Below, in pieces: positions 39,865 to 47,884 of a DNA stretch of 64,000 nt. Location: the NCBI GenBank assembly GCA_963821925.1, contig CAWGFO010000001.1, positions 449,707 to 513,706 of the forward strand, written 5' to 3'. Source of the stretch: an uncultured Actinomycetes bacterium. Its GTDB lineage: Bacteria; Actinomycetota; UBA4738; HRBIN12. The notes under the pieces are model-generated. The model did not search any database and had not been told where the DNA came from. It saw only the letters and a list, made by a program, of their open reading frames with translations. The position numbers were made by a program, and so were the translations under genes. The first letter of the stretch is position 1. Each line of letters opens with the position of its first letter.

Positions 39865-40521
39865 TCAGCACACCGCCCCGCACACCGAGAAGTGCTGGTA
39901 GTCCTTCTCGCCGGCCCAGTCACCGCCCCACGTCCACCCCACCGCGTGGAACGCCCACCACACCGCGTCGTGGCGATGGATCATGCCGCGCCGGTGCTGC
40001 GAGCGGTCGAGGAACGGCTCGCCGTTCGGCGGGGAGAAGCCGCCGTTCCAGACGTAGGGGTTCTCGACGGGGTTCACGTCGATCGCCTTCCCGTACGCGT
40101 GTCGCGACCACGTGCAGCAGACCCCGCCCCGGTACCGGCAGTTGAACGCCGAGGTGTTGTCGGCCCGCATCGAGCGATGGTCGTTCGCGTCGAAGCGGTC
40201 GACCAGCATCATCTTCCGGATCGGGTAGGACGCCCCGTACAGGCGCTCGAAGACCCGCACGATCGACTCGGCGTACCAGCGATGCACGACCAGACGCCCG
40301 CGGTGGGCGGCGTGATCGAACCCCCAGTAGGTCACCTTCACGAGCCGGAGTTCCGCGAAGCCCACCGGGCACCCGGGGCGCCACGATCGGCCCGTCATCA
40401 GCTCGCGGGTCTGCGCGTCGATGCGCGAGATGCTCGACCCGAACGGCGGGCGGGCGCCGGCCGAGGTCGGGGCCAACAGCACGATCGCGAGGCATAGCGC
40501 GATCGGGGCGAGGCGACGCAT
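39865..40521 (-). CDS. M15 family metallopeptidase (VanY/LAS-type D-Ala-D-Ala or L,D-carboxypeptidase-like)
   Basis: SxHxxGxAxD motif (WSRHAYGKAIDVNP) and downstream ExxH-like (DYQHF); signal peptide; ORF-track N-terminus is a translation of the adjacent tRNA and was trimmed to Met at 40521. Confidence 0.7.
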   Translation of the reverse strand: MRRLAPIALCLAIVLLAPTSAGARPPFGSSISRIDAQTRELMTGRSWRPGCPVGFAELRLVKVTYWGFDHAAHRGRLVVHRWYAESIVRVFERLYGASYPIRKMMLVDRFDANDHRSMRADNTSAFNCRYRGGVCCTWSRHAYGKAIDVNPVENPYVWNGGFSPPNGEPFLDRSQHRRGMIHRHDAVWWAFHAVGWTWGGDWAGEKDYQHFSVCGAVC

Positions 40522-40547
40522 GGGCGCATCGTACGTCCGAGTGGCGG

Positions 40548-40620
40548 TGGAGACGACCGGGATCGAACCGGCGACCTCCGGCTTGCAAAGCCGGCGCTCT
40601 ACCAACTGAGCTACGTCCCC
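40548..40620 (-). tRNA. tRNA-Ala (anticodon TGC)
   Basis: Cloverleaf folds by hand: acceptor GGGGACG/CGTCTCC with G3:U70 Ala identity pair, anticodon loop TTTGCAA, T-loop TTCGATC; no encoded CCA. Confidence 0.9.
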
Positions 40621-40843
40621 CTGAGCTGCGTCCCCGCCCCATGATACGGAGCGCTGTCGCGGACCCATGCATCGATCCCGGCAACGGCGGCCGGACGCTG
40701 GGACGCCGTTCGGGCCTCGCCGACGTGGTCCGACGGCCGACGGACCCTGCTGGCGCCACCGAGGCCTGGCCGACGCGGCCCCGTCGCAGGTGCGGGTCGA
40801 GCGTCACGGGGGGGCCGTGTCGGTCGACGCGGGACCGATCGCG

Positions 40844-41248
40844 ATGCGGCTCACCCCTCGCCGGCCGGGCCTCGCCTCCCATCTGCTCCGCCTGCGGCCG
40901 CGCGCGCTGCGCACGAAGCGAGCGTGGATCGCGTTCGAGGACACGATCCTGCGGCCCGCCGCCGGCCCCCTCTTCGGCCCGAACGCGCGGGCGATCCGGA
41001 CCCGGGGCGTGACGCGGGACGGATCGCGAGAGCGCTACGCGATCCACGACTACCTCGAGGCCGATGCCGCCGCGTCGGTCGACGGCCGGGACCTGGGGCC
41101 GGTCGCCCCGTGCCCGCCCGCCGGCTTCGGGTTCAGCGAGTTCCCGGACGGCGCGGCGATCGTGCGGGTGACCTCGATCTTCGAGGCCAGCGTGACCTTC
41201 AGCGCATCGTCCAGGTCGGCTGCTTGTCGGGATCGAGGAACTGGATGA
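40844..41248 (+). CDS. hypothetical protein (134 aa)
   Basis: Very high GC3 codon bias from ATG 40844; no recognisable motifs; 3' end overlaps the convergent repeat-protein gene by ~50 nt so one end may be mis-set. Confidence 0.3.
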   Translation: MRLTPRRPGLASHLLRLRPRALRTKRAWIAFEDTILRPAAGPLFGPNARAIRTRGVTRDGSRERYAIHDYLEADAAASVDGRDLGPVAPCPPAGFGFSEFPDGAAIVRVTSIFEASVTFSASSRSAACRDRGTG

Positions 41249-41758
41249 ACGGCGAGCCGTCGGAGGCCAGGCCGACCACCGCGCGCAGTTCCCCGTCGGG
41301 ATCGAGGAGCCGGAGCACGGGCGACCCGGCGGCCGCGAGCCCCAGGCGCACCCGGACCTTCCCGTCCTTGTCGTAGAGGCCGAGCGTCGGGGTCCCCTGC
41401 TCGGCGAGGCTGAAGACCTGCGAGAGCTCGCCGTCCTTCACCTGCATGCCCATCGTCGGGGAGGCCTCCGGGGCCAGCCCGAACTTCGCCCGGATCCGGC
41501 CGTTCTTGTCGCCGAAGGCGAGGCTCGCGCTGCCGTCGCTCGACAGGCCGAGCGTGGCGCGGACCTTCCCGTTCTCGTCGCCCACGGCGAGCCCGGCGCT
41601 GCCGTCGGCGCCCAGGCCGAACCGCGCGCGCACCTGCCCGTCGGGCGACAGGAGCGAGAAGAACGGCGCATCTTCGTTCGAGACGCCGATCCGCAGGCGG
41701 ACGTGGCCCTGCTCGTCGACGACCTCGAACTCCTCGGCTCGGACGACACGCTTCTTCA
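41199..41758 (-). CDS. hypothetical tandem-repeat protein (~8 x 18-19 aa repeats D..G.vRa.lGL..DGSa.L)
   Basis: Periodic motif DGQVRARFGLGADGSAGLAVGDENGKVRATLGLSSDGSASLAFGDKNGRIRAKFGL...; start placed at GTG (VKKRVVRAEEFEVV) 41758 with GGAG upstream; ORF-track Met at 41819 also possible. Confidence 0.5.
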
Positions 41759-41874
41759 CGATGACGAGGCTCCCGGGTGCCCGCGGGGCGCGGGCGTGCC
41801 CGTATGGTGGCGCACGCACCGCCTCGGCTCAAGCACGCGACGGCTCGCGACGGCGAGGCAGGCGTCGGGCGGGA

Positions 41875-43641
41875 TCAGCCGATCCGGAGCACGAGCCGTG
41901 CGTGCTGGTGGTCCGGGTCGGTCTGGGTGCCTGCGACGAGCGTACGGAGCGCGACGAGGTTCCCCCGGACCTCCGGATCCATCATCCCGGTGTTCGCGAC
42001 GGCGTCCACGATCCCCGCGAGGTCGAGGAAGACGACGTCTTCCGACCCCGCCACGTCGTCGAGCGCCGCGGTGACCGCATCGGCGTCCACCGCGCTCGGC
42101 GCCCCGTGCGCGGTGTCGATGATCCGGAACGCCTCGTCCTTGGAGCTCGCGAGGAGCCCGGTGCCGTCGAAGGCCGCGTAGGCCGGTGCGAAGCCGGTCC
42201 CACCGCCGTCGCCGGAGAGATACGTGACCGCGACGCCGTCGTGGTCCACGGTCTTCCACGACGGCGTCGAGAGCTCGCTCGTCGCGAACGGCGAGGCGGG
42301 AGGGAAGGCCTGCGCCGCGATCGCCAGGGCGGCGGCCATCGCTTCCTCGTCGTCGGTCCCGATCATCACGGCCCCAGCGGGTGTCACGGAGCCCGACGGC
42401 ATCGACAGCTCGAAGGCGAGGTCGCCGCTGAGCGAGGTGATCGCCGGCTCGAGCCCGCTCTGGTCGAGCGCCGCGCGCTGATCAGAGGGGAGGCCGGCGA
42501 GCGCGGCGTCGAGCCCGCTGTCGAGGTGCTGCGCCCCCACGAAGCCGAGGGCGTCGGCGGGCACCATGGCCAGTTGCACGTTCTCGTGGTCCTCGGCGCC
42601 GTAGGCATCGAGCTGTTCCGGCGTGAGCTTCGAGGCGTCGATCGTGACCTCGGAATCCACCGCCAGCGCGCCGGGCTCGGCCGCCAGTGTGACGCCGATC
42701 CCCCGGATCGCCTCGGGGTCCACGCCCGCGGCAGTACCGAGATCGGACAACCCTGGGCCCCGCATCCGCTCCAGCAGCCTGAGCAGGTCCCCGGGCGCGA
42801 CGTACATCATCCCGAGACGAGCCTCGGGGAGCCCCGCCATCGTGTCCACGAAGTCCTGGTCGTCGGCGAGCGAGGGGGCGTCCCCGTTCGCGGTGGCGAC
42901 GATGCCGTCGAACGTCCCCCCGTCGTTCGCGACCACGACCGTTCCGTCGACGATCCCGACGTAGGTATGTTCGCGACCGTCGTCCCCGGCCCAGACCTGG
43001 ACGCCGCCGTGATCCTCCCGGGTCCACGTCGTCCCCCGGAACATCGGCCCATCGCGCAGGGCGCGAAGGCTGACCTCCGCGGCGGCCTCGTCGGTGGTGT
43101 CGAGCATGATCGCGATCGACGGCTCGCCGTCGATCCGCACGTCGACCGCCACGGCCACCTGCGAGCCCACCCAGTCGAAGTCCTCGTGCGTCAGCCCGGT
43201 CGTCTCGAGCATCGCGTCGACCTGATCGCCGGCACGCCCGGTGACCTCGGACTCGCCGCCGAGCGACGGGAACGCGCTCGTCAGCCGGAACAGGTTCACC
43301 TTCTGCGAGGCGGCCGGGTCGAGGTACGCGGACACGACCACGTCCGTGTCGGCCGGGAGCTTCGTCGTGAGCGTCTCGCTCGATCCGCGGAGCGCGACGA
43401 ACGAAGCCGCCGCCGCGACGCCGGCCAGCCCGACGACGGAGGCCACCACGATCACCACCGCCTTGCGGGCTCGGCGCGCGGGCGGCGCCGGCATCGGGGC
43501 GCCGGCCCCCTCGACCGTGGCCTCGACCCGGGTCAGGCCGTCGGGCGTGGTGGGGTCGTTCGGCGTAGGTGGCTGCACGATGAAGGCTCCTCGTCGGGGA
43601 TCGTTGCGGTGGGTATCGGCAGAACGAAGGCCGTCCCTCAA
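41875..43641 (-). CDS. membrane-anchored periplasmic hypothetical protein (DUF3352-like architecture)
   Basis: N-terminal basic stretch + TM helix (KAVVIVVASVVGLAGVAAAASFVAL) then ~500-aa Ala/Asp/Gly-rich soluble domain; family assignment from memory of architecture only; alternative start Met at 43494. Confidence 0.5.
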   Translation of the reverse strand: MRDGLRSADTHRNDPRRGAFIVQPPTPNDPTTPDGLTRVEATVEGAGAPMPAPPARRARKAVVIVVASVVGLAGVAAAASFVALRGSSETLTTKLPADTDVVVSAYLDPAASQKVNLFRLTSAFPSLGGESEVTGRAGDQVDAMLETTGLTHEDFDWVGSQVAVAVDVRIDGEPSIAIMLDTTDEAAAEVSLRALRDGPMFRGTTWTREDHGGVQVWAGDDGREHTYVGIVDGTVVVANDGGTFDGIVATANGDAPSLADDQDFVDTMAGLPEARLGMMYVAPGDLLRLLERMRGPGLSDLGTAAGVDPEAIRGIGVTLAAEPGALAVDSEVTIDASKLTPEQLDAYGAEDHENVQLAMVPADALGFVGAQHLDSGLDAALAGLPSDQRAALDQSGLEPAITSLSGDLAFELSMPSGSVTPAGAVMIGTDDEEAMAAALAIAAQAFPPASPFATSELSTPSWKTVDHDGVAVTYLSGDGGGTGFAPAYAAFDGTGLLASSKDEAFRIIDTAHGAPSAVDADAVTAALDDVAGSEDVVFLDLAGIVDAVANTGMMDPEVRGNLVALRTLVAGTQTDPDHQHARLVLRIG

Positions 43642-43672
43642 CCCTAGACCGGCGATGCGCTCCGACGAAGCA

Positions 43673-44782
43673 CTACGGGCGGATCGTCTCGCGTCGCAGG
43701 GTGCAGGCCTCCAGCCGGTCCGGCAGGGGATCCACGCCGATCCCCGGGCCGCGCGGCACGGCCATCGTCCCGTCGGGCGCCATCACGAACGGCGCCGTCA
43801 GATCCTCGGGGAAGTACCGCGAGGACCCGCTGGTGTCGCCCGGCAAGGTGAAGCCGGGCATCGCGGCGAGCGCGAGGTTGAGCGCGCGCCCGATCCCCGT
43901 CTCCAGCATGCCGCCGCACCACACCGGCACACCCGCAGCCCGAGCCACGTCGTGCACCCGGCGCGCCTCGAGGGCGCCGCCGACCCGGCCTTGCTTGATG
44001 TTCACGATCCGGCACGCACCGAGCTCGATCGCATCGCGAGCCAACGCCGCCGAACGGATCGACTCGTCGAGGCACAGGTCGGTCGTGAGCATGCGCTGGA
44101 GCGCCGCGTGCTGCACGAGGTCGTCGTGGTGCAGCGGCTGCTCGATCATGAGGAGGTCGTACGCCTCCAGGGCACGGAACGTGTCGGCGTCCTCCAGCGT
44201 GTACGCCGCGTTCGCGTCGACGCTGAGCAGGATCCCCGGGAACGCCGCCCGGACGGCCGACACGCGCTCCACATCCAGTCCGGGCTCGATCTTCAGCTTG
44301 ATCCGGCGATAGCCCTCCCCGAGGTATCCCTCGACCTGGGCGAGGAGCTCGTCCGTGGTCGGCGTGATGCCGACCGAGACGCCGCACGCGACCCGGGACG
44401 ACGCGGCGCCGAGGTAGGCCGCCAGGCTCTCGCCGCGCGCGCGCAGCTCGGCGTCGAGGAAGGCGTCGACGATCGTGGCCTTTGCCATCGGGTTGCCCCG
44501 CACGAACGTGAAGACCCGTTCGAGCTCGTCGACGCTCACGTCGCCGGCACGGACGAGGGCCGGAACGAGGAAGTCGCGCATCACGAGCCAGGCGCCCTCG
44601 TTGAACTCCGCGCTGAAGTCGGGCTCGATGTCGGCCACGCACTCGCTCCATCCCTCGGCGGCGTCGGTCTCGACCCGGGCGAGGATGCAGACCTTCTCGG
44701 AGGAGGTGCCGAAGCTCGTCCGGAACGGCCGCACCAGCGGCAGCCCGACCAGTCGGAGCTCGACGGCGCGGACGCGCGTCAC
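43673..44782 (-). CDS. enolase-superfamily o-succinylbenzoate synthase / N-succinylamino-acid racemase-like (MenC/NSAR)
   Basis: MR/MLE-family metal ligands and catalytic lysines (KLKIEPG, SVDANAAYT, LLMIEQP, RIVNIKQGRVGG, WCGGMLETG); GTG start overlapping stop of upstream GNAT (GTGA). Confidence 0.8.
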   Translation of the reverse strand: MTRVRAVELRLVGLPLVRPFRTSFGTSSEKVCILARVETDAAEGWSECVADIEPDFSAEFNEGAWLVMRDFLVPALVRAGDVSVDELERVFTFVRGNPMAKATIVDAFLDAELRARGESLAAYLGAASSRVACGVSVGITPTTDELLAQVEGYLGEGYRRIKLKIEPGLDVERVSAVRAAFPGILLSVDANAAYTLEDADTFRALEAYDLLMIEQPLHHDDLVQHAALQRMLTTDLCLDESIRSAALARDAIELGACRIVNIKQGRVGGALEARRVHDVARAAGVPVWCGGMLETGIGRALNLALAAMPGFTLPGDTSGSSRYFPEDLTAPFVMAPDGTMAVPRGPGIGVDPLPDRLEACTLRRETIRP

Positions 44783-45528
44783 GCGGTCGCCTCCGGCGCC
44801 AGGGCGTAGGTCGCGGCGATCCCGTCGAACGACACGACCACCTTGCCCCGCGCGAAGGCGTCCCCCAGCGCGGCCGCCACGCGGTCGCGCGCGGCGAAGG
44901 CGGCTGAGGGATCTGACGCGCGCAGCGCGTCGTACTCGCGGGGCACGGCGACCGTCTCGTGCACGTCGGGCGGCGTCCGCGGCCCCGGCACGCGATCGAG
45001 CGCCCAGCGGACCACGAGCCGGTCGCTGCGCTCCCCGGCGTTCAGCGAATCCGCCATCTCCCCATAGAAGTTGCGCCGGAACCGATCCGCCGTCGCGCCG
45101 AGCTTCCCGAGGTTGAACCAGGCGTTCCGAGCGATCATCGGGTCGAAGGTCCAGCGGACCAGGTTGATCCCCTGGTCGAGACAGGCGGCGCGCTGGGCGA
45201 GCTTCAGGGCGAACCCCACCCCGCGGTGGCGCCGATCCGGGAGGGCCGCGAGCATGTGGGAGTGCAGATGCAGTCCGTCGTCGGGGTCGACGCCGGCCCA
45301 CCCCAGCACATAGCCGACCATCTCACCCTGCGCCTCGGCCCCCCAGGGCACGTTCCCGCTCTCCGCGAGCGCCACGATCTCCTCCCGCGGGAGCAGTTGA
45401 TGCTCGCCCCAGGTCGCGATCATCACGCGGAGGATCGCGTCGGCGTCCTCGATGGAGGTGAGCGGTCGGAGCGTCACGCCGGCGGCGGTTGCGGCGGCAT
45501 GCGCCAGATCCCAGGCCTCGCTCGTCAT
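44779..45528 (-). CDS. GNAT family N-acyltransferase
   Basis: 249 aa with acyl-CoA-binding GNAT core (RRHRGVGFALKLAQ..). Confidence 0.7.
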   Translation of the reverse strand: MTSEAWDLAHAAATAAGVTLRPLTSIEDADAILRVMIATWGEHQLLPREEIVALAESGNVPWGAEAQGEMVGYVLGWAGVDPDDGLHLHSHMLAALPDRRHRGVGFALKLAQRAACLDQGINLVRWTFDPMIARNAWFNLGKLGATADRFRRNFYGEMADSLNAGERSDRLVVRWALDRVPGPRTPPDVHETVAVPREYDALRASDPSAAFAARDRVAAALGDAFARGKVVVSFDGIAATYALAPEATA

Positions 45529-45605
45529 CGCGCGGAGTCTAGCCTGGACGCCGAAAGGCCCGCGCTCTGCGCGGGCCCTCGGGTGTCACGAACCGCGGAG
45601 TCGGG

Positions 45606-45786
45606 TTAGCCGCCGGCGGGGGGCGGCAGCTCCTGCCACTCGACGTCGTCGAGATCCTGGCCGCGCCGGCGCTTCAAGATCTGTGCGACGGTCGCCACGA
45701 TCGCCGCCACGAACGCGATCTTCAGCAGCTTCTTGAAGAAGCCGCCCTTCTTCTCCTCGGTCGCCTCGGTGGTGTCATCTGCCATG
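45606..45786 (-). CDS. small protein (60 aa) with one TM helix and acidic DLDDVEWQELPPP tail
   Basis: ATG preceded by GGAGG SD at 8 nt; below ORF-track length cutoff; sits between GNAT and tRNA-Ile. Confidence 0.4.
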
Positions 45787-45807
45787 GAGGTGCCCTCCTT
45801 CCGGGAG

Positions 45808-45882
45808 TGGGCCTGGATGGACTTGAACCATCGACCTCTTCCTTATCAGGGAAGCGCTCTAACCGAGCTGAGCTACAGGCCC
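45808..45882 (-). tRNA. tRNA-Ile (anticodon GAT)
   Basis: Hand-folded cloverleaf: acceptor GGGCCTG/CAGGCCC, anticodon loop CTGATAA, T-loop TTCAAGT; no encoded CCA. Confidence 0.9.
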
Positions 45883-45965
45883 CACGAGCCGGGGCATGAA
45901 GCCCGTGGCCCAGCGTAGCCGGGGGTCGGAAACCACGTCAATCGAAGGGAGGCCGCCGGGGCGGG

Positions 45966-46568
45966 TCAGCGGGGGGGCTTCTCGGCGAGGGTCACATCGA
46001 TCCCGCCGACGATGTCGCTGATCAGGTTGTACAGGAAGGCGACGAACACGTTGATCACGGACCAGACGACGGTGAACACCAGCCCGCCGATGAAGAGCCA
46101 CGTGAAGACGGCGCCGCCGTTGATCGCGATCGGCTCGGGATCGCGCGTCCCCGTCTCCCCCGTCCCGAAGAAGTAGCCGAGGAGCTTCCCGATCTCTTCC
46201 ATCGCGCCAGCGGCCGAGAGCACCGCGTAGATGATCGCGAGCGCGAAGAAGACGATCAGCATCACGCAGAAGTAGAAGATCAGCGAGAACTTCAGCACCG
46301 AGAGCGGGCCTACGCGCCGGACGACCACGCGGGTCCGGCGGGCGCCCTGACGGACGGGGCGGAGCGGTCGGCGCCGAGCCGTCGCGCGGGACCCCGATGC
46401 GGACTCCGCCGGGCCGTCCGGGTACGCCGCGGTATCCGCCCGGACGGGCGCTTCGGTCACCGCGGGGGTCGCCTGCACCGGCGCCGTCGGCGCGGCGTCG
46501 GGCGCGGCCTTCGCCGGCCCCGACCCCTCGGGGGCGTCGTTCTGCTGATCTTCGATCGTCTGCGACAT
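45966..46568 (-). CDS. conserved oriC-proximal membrane protein (DUF3566/Rv0007-like: Ala/Pro-rich N-region + C-terminal TM helices)
   Basis: Architecture and position next to gyrA match mycobacterial Rv0007; start uncertain (TTG 46610 or ATG 46568). Confidence 0.55.
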   Translation of the reverse strand: MSQTIEDQQNDAPEGSGPAKAAPDAAPTAPVQATPAVTEAPVRADTAAYPDGPAESASGSRATARRRPLRPVRQGARRTRVVVRRVGPLSVLKFSLIFYFCVMLIVFFALAIIYAVLSAAGAMEEIGKLLGYFFGTGETGTRDPEPIAINGGAVFTWLFIGGLVFTVVWSVINVFVAFLYNLISDIVGGIDVTLAEKPPR

Positions 46569-46626
46569 CTCCTCGGGAAGAGTTCTAAGGGTACGCCCTG
46601 GCCGGGGCAAGCACCCGGATCGAAGC

Positions 46627-46884
46627 TCAGGTGCGCATCGGGCCGCCGGGCGCCACCATCAGCCGCACGTGCAGCAGCGTCAGGACCGCCACCACGGGCG
46701 GGGCGATCGCCCACGCCGAGGGCGCCGCGTCGTCCATCAGCAGCAGCGCGCCGACCGCAAGCCCGAGACCCCCGGCCACCACGAGCACGTCACCGAGCCG
46801 ACGCGGGATCCGCGCCCACACGACCGCCGTGGTCACGACCAGAGCCCCTGCCGTGACGAGCGTCACGGCGCCGACGACATCCAT
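46627..46884 (-). CDS. small hydrophobic membrane protein (85 aa, ~3 TM)
   Basis: High GC3 and strongly hydrophobic sequence; no motif. Confidence 0.35.
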   Translation of the reverse strand: MDVVGAVTLVTAGALVVTTAVVWARIPRRLGDVLVVAGGLGLAVGALLLMDDAAPSAWAIAPPVVAVLTLLHVRLMVAPGGPMRT

Positions 46885-47004
46885 CTGCGCATCTTCGCAC
46901 GGGCGCGGAAACAGGAGCGGCGATCGGGCGATGACCGGTCACACATGACTAGGTGATCTCACCCGGTCCCTCAAGTTCTGAGGGCCGTTCGGCCGATACC
47001 AGCG

Positions 47005-47838
47005 GTGAACGTCGGGACCATGACAGGGGGTCGAACGCATCCGATGAGTGGGACGGGGCTTCGTCGCGTAGCGGCATTGGTGTTGGCAGGCACACTCGGC
47101 GTGGGGTGGATCGCGATGAGCGCCAACGCCTCGTCCTCGGTGGACGAGGCCGTGGCGCTCCGGCGCGACCTCCGCGTCAAGATCGACGAGCTTCACGACC
47201 GGCGTCACGACGCGCGCCAGGCGATCCACCAGCGGATCCGGTTCAACCAGGCCCGGATCGCGAACGCGCCCGGTGCGGGCGGCGTCGGCGACGAGCGCCG
47301 CTACCAACAGTTCCGACGGCGCCAGCTCCATCTGATCGACCTGCTGCGCAAGCAGGAACGGATGATCGTCCAGCAGACCGCCGCCCGCGTCGACGCGCTC
47401 CGTTCGCGCCGCGAGGGGCTCGCGCAATGGCTCGACACCTACGGGGTCTTCGAGACCTGTCCCGTGCAGGGCTCGGTCGCGATCGCCGACAACTTCGGGA
47501 TCATCCGCGAGATGCCCGGAACGCCCCGGCACGTGCACATGGGCGACGACGTCTCCGCGCCCACCGGCGCCCCGATCGTGGCGCCGTTCGACGGGACCGC
47601 CGTGGCGTCTTCGAGCGAGCTCGGCGGCTCGCAGGTGAAGGTCTACGGGGCCGACGGCTACGTCTACAACGCCCATCTGTCCGCCTACGGCCGGCTCGGG
47701 CACGTCACGGCCGGCACGATCGTGGGCTACGTAGGCGAGACCGGGAACGCGACCGCTCCCCACGACCACTTCGAGTGGCACCCGGGCAACGGCGGTGCGG
47801 TCGATCCCTACGTCTACCTGACCGCGGCCTGCGGCTGA
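47005..47838 (+). CDS. M23 family metallopeptidase, paralogue of 39066..39854
   Basis: Same HxxxD (HMGDDVS), GYVGETG and HDHFEWH motifs; nucleotide-level similarity in C-terminal 250 nt to the first copy. Confidence 0.8.
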   Translation: MNVGTMTGGRTHPMSGTGLRRVAALVLAGTLGVGWIAMSANASSSVDEAVALRRDLRVKIDELHDRRHDARQAIHQRIRFNQARIANAPGAGGVGDERRYQQFRRRQLHLIDLLRKQERMIVQQTAARVDALRSRREGLAQWLDTYGVFETCPVQGSVAIADNFGIIREMPGTPRHVHMGDDVSAPTGAPIVAPFDGTAVASSSELGGSQVKVYGADGYVYNAHLSAYGRLGHVTAGTIVGYVGETGNATAPHDHFEWHPGNGGAVDPYVYLTAACG

Positions 47839-47842
47839 GCTT

Positions 47843-47877
47843 GAGGGGCGGGGTGTCCCCTGCCGCCCCGCCCCCTC
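47843..47877. terminator. bidirectional GC-rich hairpin between convergent M23 peptidase and gyrA
   Basis: GAGGGGCGGGG-loop-CCCCGCCCCCTC inverted repeat centred in the 46-bp convergent gap. Confidence 0.4.
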
Positions 47878-47884
47878 AGGGCTC

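Noticed and set aside
40421-40668. ORF translations containing AQLVERRLCKPEVAGSIPV
   Set aside because: This peptide is the translation of the tRNA-Ala gene itself; the region is the tRNA, and the M15 peptidase starts downstream at 40521.
39920-41047. 375-aa minus-strand ORF
   Set aside because: Overlaps M15 peptidase and tRNA-Ala in a different frame; Arg-rich junk composition; the + strand frame at 40844..41248 has better codon bias.
40548-45882. Integrative mobile element / genomic island bounded by tRNAs
   Set aside because: No integrase, recombinase, transposase or phage genes, and no direct repeat of the tRNA-Ile 3' end found by eye; reported only as an insertion or rearrangement relative to mycobacterial synteny.
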